Positions 1 through 10,458 of a stretch of DNA of 64,000 nucleotides are shown here, in pieces. The notes beneath the pieces are model-generated. The model was not told the origin of the DNA. It did no database searches and saw nothing but the letters and a program-made list of their open reading frames with translations. Position 1 is the stretch's first letter, and every line of letters begins with the position of its first letter. The stretch spans positions 41,788,001 through 41,852,000 of the forward strand of contig OX597823.1 of NCBI GenBank assembly GCA_951406725.2, written 5' to 3'. The position numbers and the translations under genes are program-made. This DNA is from Octopus vulgaris (lineage: Eukaryota).

Positions 1-57
1 CTGAACTTTATCAATGCTGAAAGGAATATGGGCAAAACTAACCTTAGTAGGAATTGA

Positions 58-245
58 TTCATCATCATCTAAACTTTATGATCCATGCTGGCATGGGTCG
101 GATGGTTTGACAGGACCCAGTGTTTCAGAGACCCCCATCATGTTTCAGTGTCTGCTTTGGCATACTTTCTGTTACTGGATGCCCTTCCTAACACCAACCA
201 CTTTACAGTGTGGACTGAATGCTTTACATGTGGCACCAACTCTAA
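58..245 (-). mobile_element. SINE-like repeat, family E (RTE-type 3' part ending in (GAT)n)
   Basis: Reverse complement of the GGTTGGCRTTAGGAAGGGCATCCAG...CCCATGCCAGCATGG..(GAT)n motif also at 18336-18522, 29392-29580, 37245-37468 and 54266-54476. Confidence 0.65.
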
Positions 246-1528
246 TGAGGTAACCACGAATTTTGCAAGACTAACATCCACTGAGAAGGACTATGATAGA
301 GATGGAGATGGATTTATACTAGGAGGTGTTAGGATTTTAAAGTATGAGCATAGGATTTCTGATTTATGTACAAGGCCAGCAGTTCTGAGGAGAGGGCATT
401 AGTTAATGCCATTGATCCCAGTACATTGACTGATACTTAATTTTTATCAACCCCAAGAGAATGAAAGGCAAAGTTGAGCTTAGTAGTGTTTGTATTAATA
501 ATAATAACATGATGATATTAATAATTGTTTCTGATTTTGGCACAAGGCCTCATAATTACTATTATCAATTCTTTTATTTTTTCATTGCATCATTTTGACT
601 CTAACTCTACTGTTATTCTTTTTATTTTCAAATGGCATCTCTGAGTAGTCTTTTTTGTTAGTCTTTCTCATATAGCTCTGCTTTCTCACTAATGACATAC
701 AGATGCAGTACAAAAGAAAGCTCTTTTCTGGCATCATGCTATTTGCTTCATACAACATTGTAAATAACCCATCCAGTTTAGTGTTTGCCTTATATTTTGT
801 CTGGAGGTTTAGGAGGCAAAGTCAAAAATAAGCAGTATGGTTGTTAAATAGACAGTGTAAGCACAAGTATAATATATGAATAGAATATGGATAGCCTAGA
901 CACAAATATGAATTTATGCTGGCTTTAATTCCTCTTTCGGACGCTTCCACATATGACTTGTACTATAGCTTTGGGTTGAAGAATACCATGTGAACACAAT
1001 TTGGCCAATGGAAACAGCACTAAAGTCTGTTGTGTGCATGTGTGTGTGTGTGTGTGTGTCTGTGTGTGTGTATGTCACTTCACAACCATGTAACTTCAAG
1101 TTCAGATTAACTGCATGACATACTTGGATAAAAGTCCTATAGTACAGCCCCTAGCTAACCGAAGACTTGTGAGTGTATTTAGTTGATAGAAATTGAAATA
1201 ATGTATTGCATTAACAATTAATAAATGTATGTGTGTATTTGTGTGTGCATGAATGTGTATGTGTGTGTGTGTGTGTGTGTGTGCTTATCTCTATTGTTTT
1301 AATATCACATGTTTATTGAAAACCAACTTCGTCATCATTAAAAGTAATATTGTTTATTTGCAATCCTCTGTGCAAACATATCTGATCATTATTTACATTA
1401 TTAACATTATTTACATTTGATGGATATTTGACCTCATCTTGTTTGTTGTTAACACAACATTTCAGCTGATATACCCTCCAGCCTTCTTCAGGTATCTTGG
1501 GGAAATAACCACGATGCCATATGCCCGT

Positions 1529-1594
1529 GGCATATGGTGTAGTAGTTAAGAGTGTGGGCTACTAACCCCAAGATTCCAAGTTCGATTCCAGGCA
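1529..1594 (+). pseudogene. tRNA-derived segment (Pol III A/B boxes) inside family-D element
   Basis: A-box-like TGGTGTAGTAGTT, anticodon-arm-like GTGGG-CTACTAA-CCCCA, B-box GTTCGATTCC; no complete acceptor stem. Confidence 0.7.
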
Positions 1595-1622
1595 CCTGAC
1601 AACAATAATAATAATAATAATG

Positions 1623-1653
<31 letters not shown>

Positions 1654-1707
1654 TAACATCGAAAAATACTTTAGGAAATTGAGAATCCAGGTTCGAAATT
1701 TCCCCAT

Positions 1708-1753
1708 GAAACCTGAAGAAGGCTGGAGGGTACATCAGCTGAAACGTTGTGTT
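1708..1753 (+). ncRNA. Minimal type I hammerhead ribozyme-like motif (inverted copy at 1451-1496, -)
   Basis: CTGAAGA(A)-GGCTGG..TCAGCT-GAAACGTT-GTGTT: conserved core, stem II, palindromic ACGT mini stem III, GUU triplet; stem I GTGTT pairs with GATAC in the minus copy. Confidence 0.6.
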
Positions 1754-2119
1754 AACAACAAAGAAGATGAGGACAAATATCCGTCAAATGTAAATAATGT
1801 ACATAATTCCTCATCTCTTAAATATAGAACTGTATGTCTGATCATAGTAAGGCTTGAGTTCGATTGACCAAGGGAAATATTTACTTGCTTGGAAATAGGT
1901 GGGAGCTGGCAGCAAGAAGACCGTCTATAACACAAAATCTAGTTCAATGATTTTTGTCTGACCTGTGCAACCAAGAAAAACTGGACATTAAAATGATTAC
2001 AAAAATGATGATATATTTGTATATACTCCTAAATACATACATACATACATACATATATATATATATTTGCACACATCTATATACATATGTATATATACAC
2101 ACGGTTATACATACATATA

Positions 2120-2347
2120 CAGGTTTGGCCAAAAGTCACCTGATAGTAAATTAAAATTACATAAATATTTAATATTCAATTTTATTTATTCATTCCAATT
2201 ATGAATGTTTAATAATTGAATGTCGTGAGTTAAATATCACCATTTTTCTTTCAACATTTGTCTATCTATTAGTGAAGTCTCATATAAGATAATTCTCTGT
2301 TTTAATCCTGGAATTTATTGGCTTTGATTTACTTTTGGCCAACCCTG
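2120..2347. mobile_element. Tc1/mariner-type MITE
   Basis: 17-bp TIRs CAGGTTTGGCCAAAAGT / ACTTTTGGCCAACCCTG (16/17 match), TA on both sides, no ORF. Confidence 0.85.
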
Positions 2348-2634
2348 TATATGTATATATACTCACATTTATGTCTATATATAAACTTATACACATTTAT
2401 ACATATATAAATATACACACATTTATACATACACATATGCACACATACATTTACATGTATATAATAGTAAAGTCAAATTATTTAGCATGACATTATCATT
2501 ATTATATGTATTATGACTCCAAGCCATTACAAGCTAACCAGTCCATATCCTATTTTTCTGACCAAGATTTGGACTGGTTTCTTCTACTGAACCTGAGTTC
2601 AGCATAACATGAAATATATGATATATATATATAT

Positions 2635-2783
2635 AAGCTTGCTTCTGAACCACATGGCTCCAGGTTCAGTCCCACGGTGTGGCACCTTGGGCAACTATCT
2701 TCTTCTATAATCTCAGGCTGACCAAAGCCTTGTGAATGGATTTAGTAGACAGAAACTAAAAGAAGCCCATTGCATATATATGC

Positions 2784-2819
<36 letters not shown>

Positions 2820-3168
2820 CTGTGAGTGTGTGTATGTATGTATGTATGTATGTATAAATATATATATGTATGTTATATGTATGTATTAATAGTAATAGTA
2901 TGACAACAAAAGAATGAATGAGACTTTGATATTATGTAAATAGAGGATTTTAATCTCTACAGATATATATCTATGTATATACTTATGTCTCTGTCTGTGT
3001 GTCTGTCACTGATTGGCAACTGGTGTTGGTATGTTTACGTCACTGAAACTTAGTACTAGACTTTAAAATGTTCCTGGGGTCGACTTGTTCGACTAAAAAC
3101 AAATTTCAAGTTACTGCTCCAGCATGGTCACAGTCAAATAACTGAAATGTATTAAAGAATAAAAGAAT
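2635..3168 (+). mobile_element. tRNA-derived SINE family A (CORE-like), 5'-truncated
   Basis: B-box GGTTCAGTCCC, GGCACCTTGGGCAA core, internal (TA)/(TG) tract, 3' tail GCTCCAGCATGG..CAGTCAAATAACTGAAA. Confidence 0.8.
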
Positions 3169-3460
3169 ATAGTCTAAAAACGAAGATCAATGAAGAAAAA
3201 ACACAGGAGAGACAAGGTTTCACAAATATGGCATTAGCTTGTTGCATTAGTAGAAAGAAAATGTGTGATTACAATTTGAACATTAGTCCTTCATCAAAAG
3301 AAAGAGAGCGCGAAGAACAAGAATAGTCAGTGAAAGGGAAAAATGGGTGACATGTTAGAAACCAGATGGCATTATTGTTTTATGGGGAGGAATAAACAAA
3401 TTTAAAAAAGGGGGAAACAGTGGACACGTATGTAAAAAAGTAGTAATCAATGATATATAT

Positions 3461-3633
3461 CAGAGGTTCCTGAACTTTTCACTATCAAGGACCTCTTTTA
3501 TTTAAATGAGTTTTCCCATGCACCCCACGATATTGAAAGGTATGTCAGCTTAACATGTTCACAGACCTCCACTCCCACCAGAACTACCTTTGCAGACCAC
3601 CAGGAGTCCGTGGACCACAGGTTGGAACCACTG
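3461..3633. mobile_element. hAT (Charlie-like) MITE
   Basis: Termini CAGAGGTTCC...GGACCACAGGTTGGAACCACTG; 8-bp flanks ATATATAT/GTATATAT consistent with a hAT TSD. Confidence 0.7.
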
Positions 3634-3906
3634 GTATATATATGTACGTACATATGAATGCATGTGTGTATGTATTTGTGTATTCTCTGATTTATGTTAA
3701 GTGGATATACTTCACAAAGTTCCTTGCATCTAGTGAGAATGCACTCCCTTGCTAACTCTGACAATCAGAAATGAACAAGTGATTAATCTATTAAAAGACA
3801 TGAAGCCAAAGACTCTATTGTTCACAAATTGTAGTAGTAGTAGGGAGCATGTGCTGAAACAGTGTATCACTATTTCTTGGCAATTCCCTATTGTTTGTAT
3901 ATATAC

Positions 3907-3962
3907 CTTTCCACCATTCAGACAACTACCCTCAACGCATCGGTCTGTTTGGGTAGTTGTTG
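3907..3962 (-). CDS. Candidate short exon encoding the start of an EGF-like module (xTTTQTDRCVEGSCLNGGK)
   Basis: ctctcaccAG|...|GTatat boundaries; D-x-C-x4-C-x-NGG motif; the rest of the domain was not found. Confidence 0.3.
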
Positions 3963-4667
3963 CTGGTGAGAGACTTACAAGGTTGGAGTTCATATCCTAC
4001 CTCAACCTCTTTTACTTGCCTTTTACAACATTCAGAAAAAAATGATAGGTCTATTCTCTGACATGCTGGTCCCTATACACCAATAGAGAAACTTGAAATG
4101 AAATGGTTTCTTCAAGAACACAATATGCTACCTAGTCTGGGAATCGAACCCACGATTTGGTGATTTGGTGTGACATCCTAAACACTAGGTCACTTATTCA
4201 TTTTATATCACAAATTATGATATAAAGTAAGTAAATGAATGAATAAATAATCACTTAAGTTTATCATGTCTGAGGTTTGGTAATTTAGTGAAATTTGTGA
4301 CTAAAGAGAGAAATAATTTTATGGCGGGTTGACTTGGTCATGCCTCTATGTATGTGTTCGTGTATGTATATGTGTCCATGTATGTGTGTGTGTATGTATG
4401 TATGTGTATGTGTGCATCTTGTGTTTGGATCAGAGGATAAATTCAGTGGCTTTGAAAAGAAACCATATAATCATTATTATGATTATAATTTAGGGGATGG
4501 GAGAAATTATTATTATTAAGGTGGAAGCTGGCAGAATCATTAGAATGTTGGGGGTCAATCAGATAAGAAGTATTTGGACTCTACACTCAACTCTTTCCCT
4601 TTACCCTAAAAATCACTGGCCTTTTGCCAACTCATAAAACCATCATCGGGCATTGCTTACATGTGGA

Positions 4668-4723
<56 letters not shown>

Positions 4724-5204
4724 CATCATCATCATCATCATTACTATTATTATTAAAGCTGCAAACTGGCAAAATTGTTAGCACACTAGATGAAATGCTT
4801 CGCAGTATTTCGTCTGGCACTATGCTTTGAGTTCAAATTCCACTGAGGAAAATTTTGCTTTCATGTTTGACCTCTTGCCCTAACATAGTACATTATAAGC
4901 AAACTCCTTGTCATCAATTTGCAACCTTCTTTGGAAATGTGTCTGGTCAATGTACTGTTTAAAGGATTAGGCGAAATGCTTCTTGTTTGGGAGCAAATGA
5001 CAGTTAGTGACAAGAAGAGCATCCAGCTATATAGAAAATCTGCCTCACAAAATGTCTCTGACTCATGTAAGGATGAAAAAGTAAATGTTAAATTTATGGA
5101 AAACACATACTGAGGTAACTTTAATCAACTAAACTGTCCACACCAAATTTGTGGTTTTGCACCTATCATAGAAATTATTATTATTATTAGTAGTAGTAGT
5201 AGTC

Positions 5205-6112
5205 AGGTGTAAACTGGCAGAATTGTTATCATGCCAGGTGAAATGTTTAGCAGAATTTCATCCGTCTTCATGTTATAATTTCAAATTCTGTCGAGGTTAA
5301 CTTTGCCTTTCATCCTTTCAGGGTTGATAAAGTAAGTATCACTTGAAAACTGGGGTTAATGTAATTAACTTAACCCCTCCCGCAAAATTTCAGGCCTTGT
5401 GCCTATTGTAGAAAAGGTTATTATTAATATTGAGGTGGTGAAGTGGCAGAATCATTACCAAGCTGAACCAAATGCTCAGTGGTATTTCTTCTGGATTTAC
5501 ATTTTGAGTTCAAATTCCACTGAAGTTAACTTTATCTTCCATCCTTTCAGAGTCGATAACATAAGTACTAGTCATGTTCTGGGGATTGACTAGCTCCCGC
5601 CTTCTAAAATTAGTGCTTTTGACCCAAAATTTGAATCAATTCATTATCATAATTTTTGACTATTATTATTATTATTAAGTTGGTAAGTTGGTAGAATCAT
5701 TAGTATGGTGGGCAAAATGCTTAGCGGCATTTAGTTCGTCTGTACGTTCTGAGTTCAAATTCCACTGAGGTCGATTTTGCCTTTCACCCTTTTTGGGTTG
5801 AAAAATTAAGTACCAGTTGTGTACTTTGGTGAATCTAATTGACAGCCCCCTTCCCCAAAATTTCAGGTCTTGTGCCTATAATAGAAAGGATTATCATTAT
5901 TAAGGCGGCGAGCTTGCAGAATCAATGGCATGCTGGATGAAATACTTAGCAGTATTTTGCTCATCGCTACATTCTGAGTTCAAATTCCACTGAAGTTGAC
6001 TTTGCTTTTCATCCCTTCGGGTCAATAAATTAAGAACCAGTTGAGTACTGGGTCGATGTAAATGACATAACCCCTCCCACAAATTTCAGGCCTTGTGTTT
6101 ATAGTAGAAAGG

Positions 6113-6113
<1 letters not shown>
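5205..6113 (+). mobile_element. Head-to-tail chain of four family-B tRNA-derived SINEs separated by (TTA)n
   Basis: Each ~210-nt unit has A-box TGGCAGAATC, B-box GAGTTCAAATTCC, central GCCTTTCATCCTTTCGGGGTCGATAAA..AAGTACCAG and tail ending GAAAGGATTATT. Confidence 0.85.
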
Positions 6114-6180
<67 letters not shown>

Positions 6181-6182
6181 TC

Positions 6183-6726
6183 AGTGAGAGAGCAGTGCTT
6201 GCCATCAAAGTGACACTAGGGTACAAATATATGAAGCCCAGTATACCCATCATGACTACTTATCTGATAATGGTATGTCAAACACATGCATCACAATAAT
6301 AAGTGCATGATATGGTGATCTCATATTAAGATAAATAGCACACGACCTTGCAGGTGGGGCCCAGTTGGAATTTTCTACAGGTTGAGTAGACCATCATGCT
6401 CAAGTCCTAGAATAATGGTTGTTTAAGTATGTTGAATGATTCACCCATGTTTCCAGAGGTGAATTATTCAAACCCCAAAGAATTCCTCTCAACACATGGC
6501 TATGATGCTCCCCCACTACTTCTGCTCGTGATCTGAGATGCACATATTGTTAGCCATATTGTTCAACTTATTAAGATGAAGCAACTGACAAGCAAATCTG
6601 TGGTATTGAACAGAATATTTGCTGTAGCCCATCTTTTATACCAAGACAAAACATGTACTTGGTAACACTTCCAATCAGTTAAGATCAGAAATCGTGTGAG
6701 CCACTATCTGATATTGCATCAGGGCA
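6183..6726 (-). mobile_element. ~540-bp non-coding interspersed repeat (family C) in (TTA)n
   Basis: Colinear with 62489-63041; inverted relative to 41466-41909 and 41969-42459; strand inferred from the (AAT)n tail. Confidence 0.85.
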
Positions 6727-6944
6727 TTATTTGATAGAATCATCAGTATGCTGGGCAAAATGCTTAGCAGTATTTTGTCTGTCATTTCATTCTGAGTTCA
6801 GATTCTGCCTAGGTTGACTTTGCCTTTCATCCTTTCAGGTTTGATAAATTAAGTACCAGTGAAACACTGGGGTTGATATAATTGACTGGTCCTCTCCTAA
6901 CAAACTTCAGGCTTTGTGCTTTTAGTAGAAAGGATAATTATTCT

Positions 6945-7278
6945 CTTCTTTTCTCATTTTACTTGTTTCAATCATTTTGACTGTGGCCATGCTGGAGCAC
7001 CGCCTTTAATCGAGCAACTTGATCGTGGGACTTATTCTTTGGAAGCCCAGTACTTATTCTATCGGTCTCTTTTGCTGAACCGCTATGTGATGGGGACATA
7101 AACACACCAGCATCGGTTGTCAAACAATGCTAGGGGGACAAACACAGACACACAAACATATACGCACATACATATATATATACATATATACGATGGGCTT
7201 CTTTCAGTTTCCGTCTACCAAATCCACTCACAAGGCTTTGGCTGGCCCGAGGCTATAGTAGAAGACACTTGCCCAAGG
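6945..7278 (-). mobile_element. SINE family A, lacking tRNA head
   Basis: Close reverse complement of 30207-30481 and 10530-10856. Confidence 0.9.
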
Positions 7279-7281
7279 ATT

Positions 7282-7312
<31 letters not shown>

Positions 7313-8161
7313 AGGCAACGAACTTGCAGAACTAAGAGTTTCTCAGAAAAACACTTTGCTGTTATTGTTCCTGCACTTTACATGCTGAATTCAATTTCAA
7401 CCAAGGTGAACTTAACCATTTATCCTTTCGGGTTCAATAAAGTGTAGTACTTACCAGATAATTGGTCAATGCAATCAACTAACCCACTCTGCTCTTCAAA
7501 AGTGTTGGCCTTGCGCTTAAATCAGATATTTATCTCATTATTGTTATTAGGCTTTGATGTTTTGGGTCTCACTCAGAAAACACAGCAAGCTAGACTTCTA
7601 ACTGTCAGTATTATTTATGGTTAACAATAACCTATTTGAGGCATGTTATTTGTAACAGAGGTTGCTGAGTGTTGTGTAAGTTTTGTATGTTCTGAGTTGT
7701 CTATGCACGCAACTTGATATCCTTTCCCTGTTTGAACTGCTTTCATAAATATTGGTAAAGCCTATGTGAAAGCCATTGATATTACAACTGCCAATTTCCC
7801 TTTATTAATTGTCATTGGCTCTCTGATAATGCAAAGCTAAGAACAATTCAAACATGTCATATGCTCTGGCAGCTAGTTATTGTAAGGGAGATAATCACAT
7901 CTAGATCAGTCATAACAGCATTAGAAGCTTGAATTTTAAATCAGAAAAGATCAATGCAGAAGATGTACAGAATAGGTGCAGGAGTGGCTGTGTGGTAAGT
8001 AGCTTACTTACCAACCATATTGTTCCGGGTTCAGTCCTATAGCATGGCACCTTGGGCAAGTGTTTTCACCTATAACCTCAGGCTGACCAAAACCTTGTGA
8101 GTGGATTTGGTAGACGGAAACTGAAAGAAGCCCATCGTAAATATATATATATATGCATATA

Positions 8162-8225
8162 TACTCTTTACTCTTTTACTTGTTTCAGTCATTTTGACTG
8201 CGGCAATGCTGGAGCACCGCCTTTA
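8162..8225 (-). mobile_element. Isolated ~60-nt 3' tail module of family A joined to the 3' end of 5S
   Basis: TAAAGGCGGTGCTCCAGCATTGCCGCAGTCAAAATGACTGAAACAAGTAAAAGAGTAAAGAG, matching 30419-30481. Confidence 0.9.
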
Positions 8226-8232
8226 AAATGGA

Positions 8233-8352
8233 ATGCTTACAGCACCTAGGTTTCCCAAGCGGTCACCCATCTAAGTACTAACTAGGCTCGATGTTGCTTA
8301 ACTTCGGTGATCAGACGAGAACCAGTGCTTTCAACATGATATGGCCGTATTA
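8233..8352 (-). rRNA. 5S rRNA: 5S rRNA copy, near full length, probably a pseudogene
   Basis: TACGGCCATATCATGTTGAAAGCACTGGTTCTCGTCTGATCACCGAAGTTAAGCAACATCGAGCCTAGTTAGTACTTAGATGGGTGACCGCTTGGGAAACCTAGGTGCTGTAAGCA; internal control region and helices intact; TTTT terminator at 8225-8228; first 3 nt (TAA) do not pair with the 3' end; single copy, not arrayed. Confidence 0.93.
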
Positions 8353-9087
8353 TATCATATGTTTGGATGGCGTGCCTTTGCCAATAACATACCTCTACTC
8401 AACTACCGAGCTCTCACTTCCGACGACTCGACTCAACAGAACTTGACGTCTAGACTACTGACGGCTCTGGCTCACTCTATATAACACTTCTGTGACTAGC
8501 CATCACGTCCACTATTTATATGTATTGGACTAGCCTACTTATCATCTGGGGGCATCCACACAAAATATATATATATGTATGTGTGTGTGTGTGTGTGTGT
8601 GTGTTTGTCTTTGTACCTGTGTTTGTCCTCCACCACCACTTCAGCAAAAGATAGAATAAGTACCGTGATTTAAAAGGTACTAGGATCAATTTATTCAACT
8701 ACAAATTCCTCAAGAAAATGCTCCAGCATGGCTGCAATCTACTGACTGAAACAAGTAAAAAAAAATAAAGAGATGAATATGTAATAGATTTGCAGACCCA
8801 TTTATATGTTGGGCAAATTCTCTTGGAATATCTGTTCCAATTCTTTGCATTCTGAGTTCAAATCATGCCAAAGTTAATTTTGCCTTTTTGTCTTTCTGGG
8901 GCACGAGGCCAGTAAATCTAGTAGGATGGGGTTGTTAAGTTATATTGCTCTCAGTTTTTGACTGGCACTTTATTCTTTTGAGTCCAAAACGATGACAGAC
9001 AAAATCAGTCTCAGCAGTATTTGAACACAATGTAAAATGCTGTAAGAAATACTGTTAACCATTTCATCTGGCAGCTCACCACCTTAA

Positions 9088-9302
9088 CCATTTAGCATTC
9101 AGATTTTTCTGTCAAATGCTTATTTATTAATGTTGTTTTGAATTAATTACACATTATTTGTAGCTTTAAGATTCCAAGGATGTAATTGCTTATTTATTAC
9201 AATGACATTATAGGGTAGATGCCAGAGGTCAAATCTGGCCAGTTTGAACATAAAGCAGTTAAAATATTTCGGCCAGATATAGCCTGTTTGATTGATAAAG
9301 GG
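9088..9302. mobile_element. piggyBac-type MITE, decayed
   Basis: TTAA-CCATTTAGCATTC...GATAAAGGG termini; homologous copy at 60462-60620. Confidence 0.6.
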
Positions 9303-9319
9303 GGAATAATAATAACAAC

Positions 9320-9382
<63 letters not shown>

Positions 9383-9383
<1 letters not shown>

Positions 9384-9568
9384 TTTTAAACCTTGGGATT
9401 ACATAGAGAGTATTTTGCATAGGATATGAGCAGTTCCCATGAGCACTATCTTTTGAATTTAGAATAATAATAATAATAATAATAATAATGTTTTAAACCT
9501 TGGGATTACATAGAGAGTATTTTGCATAGGATATGAGCAGTTCCCATGAGCACTATCTTTTGAATTTA

Positions 9569-9569
<1 letters not shown>
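9383..9569 (-). repeat. Two identical 80-nt units encoding an R4/Dong LINE C-terminus (IQKIVLMGTAHILCKILSM*) embedded in (AAT)n
   Basis: 9383-9462 is identical to 9490-9569; translation matches the Q-K-x-x-L-x-G-T-A-x-I-L end of RLE-type LINE ORFs. Confidence 0.8.
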
Positions 9570-9623
<54 letters not shown>

Positions 9624-10200
9624 GCACTGTTCAAGCCCTTGGAAATGAATGAAACTGAAAATAGGTGGATAAAAAAAAGAATGTATGGGTAATTTCATAG
9701 GGATATTGAAGATAAGACAGACAGAGAAAAAAGATGGCTATAGATGACTAAAAGTAATTTAAAACCGGAAACAGAGGCTGTAATCTGTGCTGCCCAAGAG
9801 TAAACACTAAGAACCAATTACCTCAAATACAAAATATAGAATATTACATCAAATACAGAATATGGTATGAACATAAACCTGAAGGCATCATTGAAAATGA
9901 TAATGCAAAGATCCTATGGGATTTTATGATTCATTGTGACTATGAGATAGAGAATAGGAAGTGAGACATAGTGTTAATTGAGAAGGAAAGCAAACAATGC
10001 TGGATCATAGATATAGCATACCCAGCTGACAACAAGGTATGCGATAAGGAAAAAAGAAAAGTCAATAGATATGTCAGGTTAGCTTGGGAGTTTAAGCAGT
10101 TGTGGTTGATGAAATAGGTGGTTGTACCAATATTTGTTGGAACCCTGGGAACAGTGAGTAAAAATCTTGAGAAGTACATGGAACAAATAGGGGCTGCAAT
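9624..10200 (+). mobile_element. Decayed R4/Dong-clade non-LTR retrotransposon fragment (restriction-like endonuclease region)
   Basis: Translates with stops to LKPETEAVICAAQE*TLRTNY, WYEHKPEGIIENDNAKILWDF, DIVLIEKESKQCWIIDIAYP, VVVPIFVGTLG; begins in (AAT)n. Confidence 0.85.
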
Positions 10201-10458
10201 ATGTGCAGTGTCTGAGTATTGCTGACTTGGGACATTAAGTTAAACAGTTGTTGTCACATGTAGGACAAATGCAGCTACTGGGCAAATCAGTTTTGACTTT
10301 CGCCTCATCACAAATTTTAAAAATAAAGTGGAAGATGTTGTTCTTCTATGAGGTTGCTATGCTGAAAGAAATTGTGTTGTAGACAAGGCTGATAGAATTG
10401 AAGACAAACACATCTCTCTCTAATCAAGCCCTCATCAACTTTTTCAAGGTTCCACTTT

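Larger units (their letters stand above)
1390..1833 (+). mobile_element. Fold-back Penelope-like / SINE-like element (family D): inverted copy + tRNA-like head + (AAT)n + hammerhead-containing tail
   Basis: Arms ~1390-1506 and ~1696-1805 are reverse complements; flanked by near-perfect 12-bp direct repeat ATATCTGATCAT (1378-1389) / ATGTCTGATCAT (1834-1845); second copy at 15126-15420 (-). Confidence 0.75.
1075..2010 (+). mobile_element. Decayed family-A SINE head with RTE-type tail, split by the 1390-1833 insertion
   Basis: Head similar to 7975-8138; tail GGAAATATT..CTTGGAAA..GG...(GAT)n also at 4895-5095, 37515-37755 and 61870-62095; host sequence resumes at 1834. Confidence 0.6.
7975..8770 (+). 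mobile_element. SINE family A interrupted in its (TA)n tract by the 8162-8565 chimera
   Basis: Head 7975-8138 (TGGCTGTGTGG A-box, GGTTCAGTCC B-box, CCTTGGGCAAG); 3' half resumes at ~8566-8770. Confidence 0.85.

Noticed and set aside
1529-1594. Functional tRNA gene
   Set aside because: No complete acceptor stem, embedded in a repeat and followed by (AAT)n; treated as tRNA-derived.
3270-3300. Minus-strand TGATGAAGGACTAATGTTCAAA as a hammerhead
   Set aside because: Lacks C3 and GAAA and has no stems I/III; at most a decayed remnant.
5205-6113. Regularly spaced repeats resembling a CRISPR array
   Set aside because: Units are ~210-nt diverged tRNA-SINEs separated by microsatellite; no unique spacers or cas genes; eukaryotic DNA.
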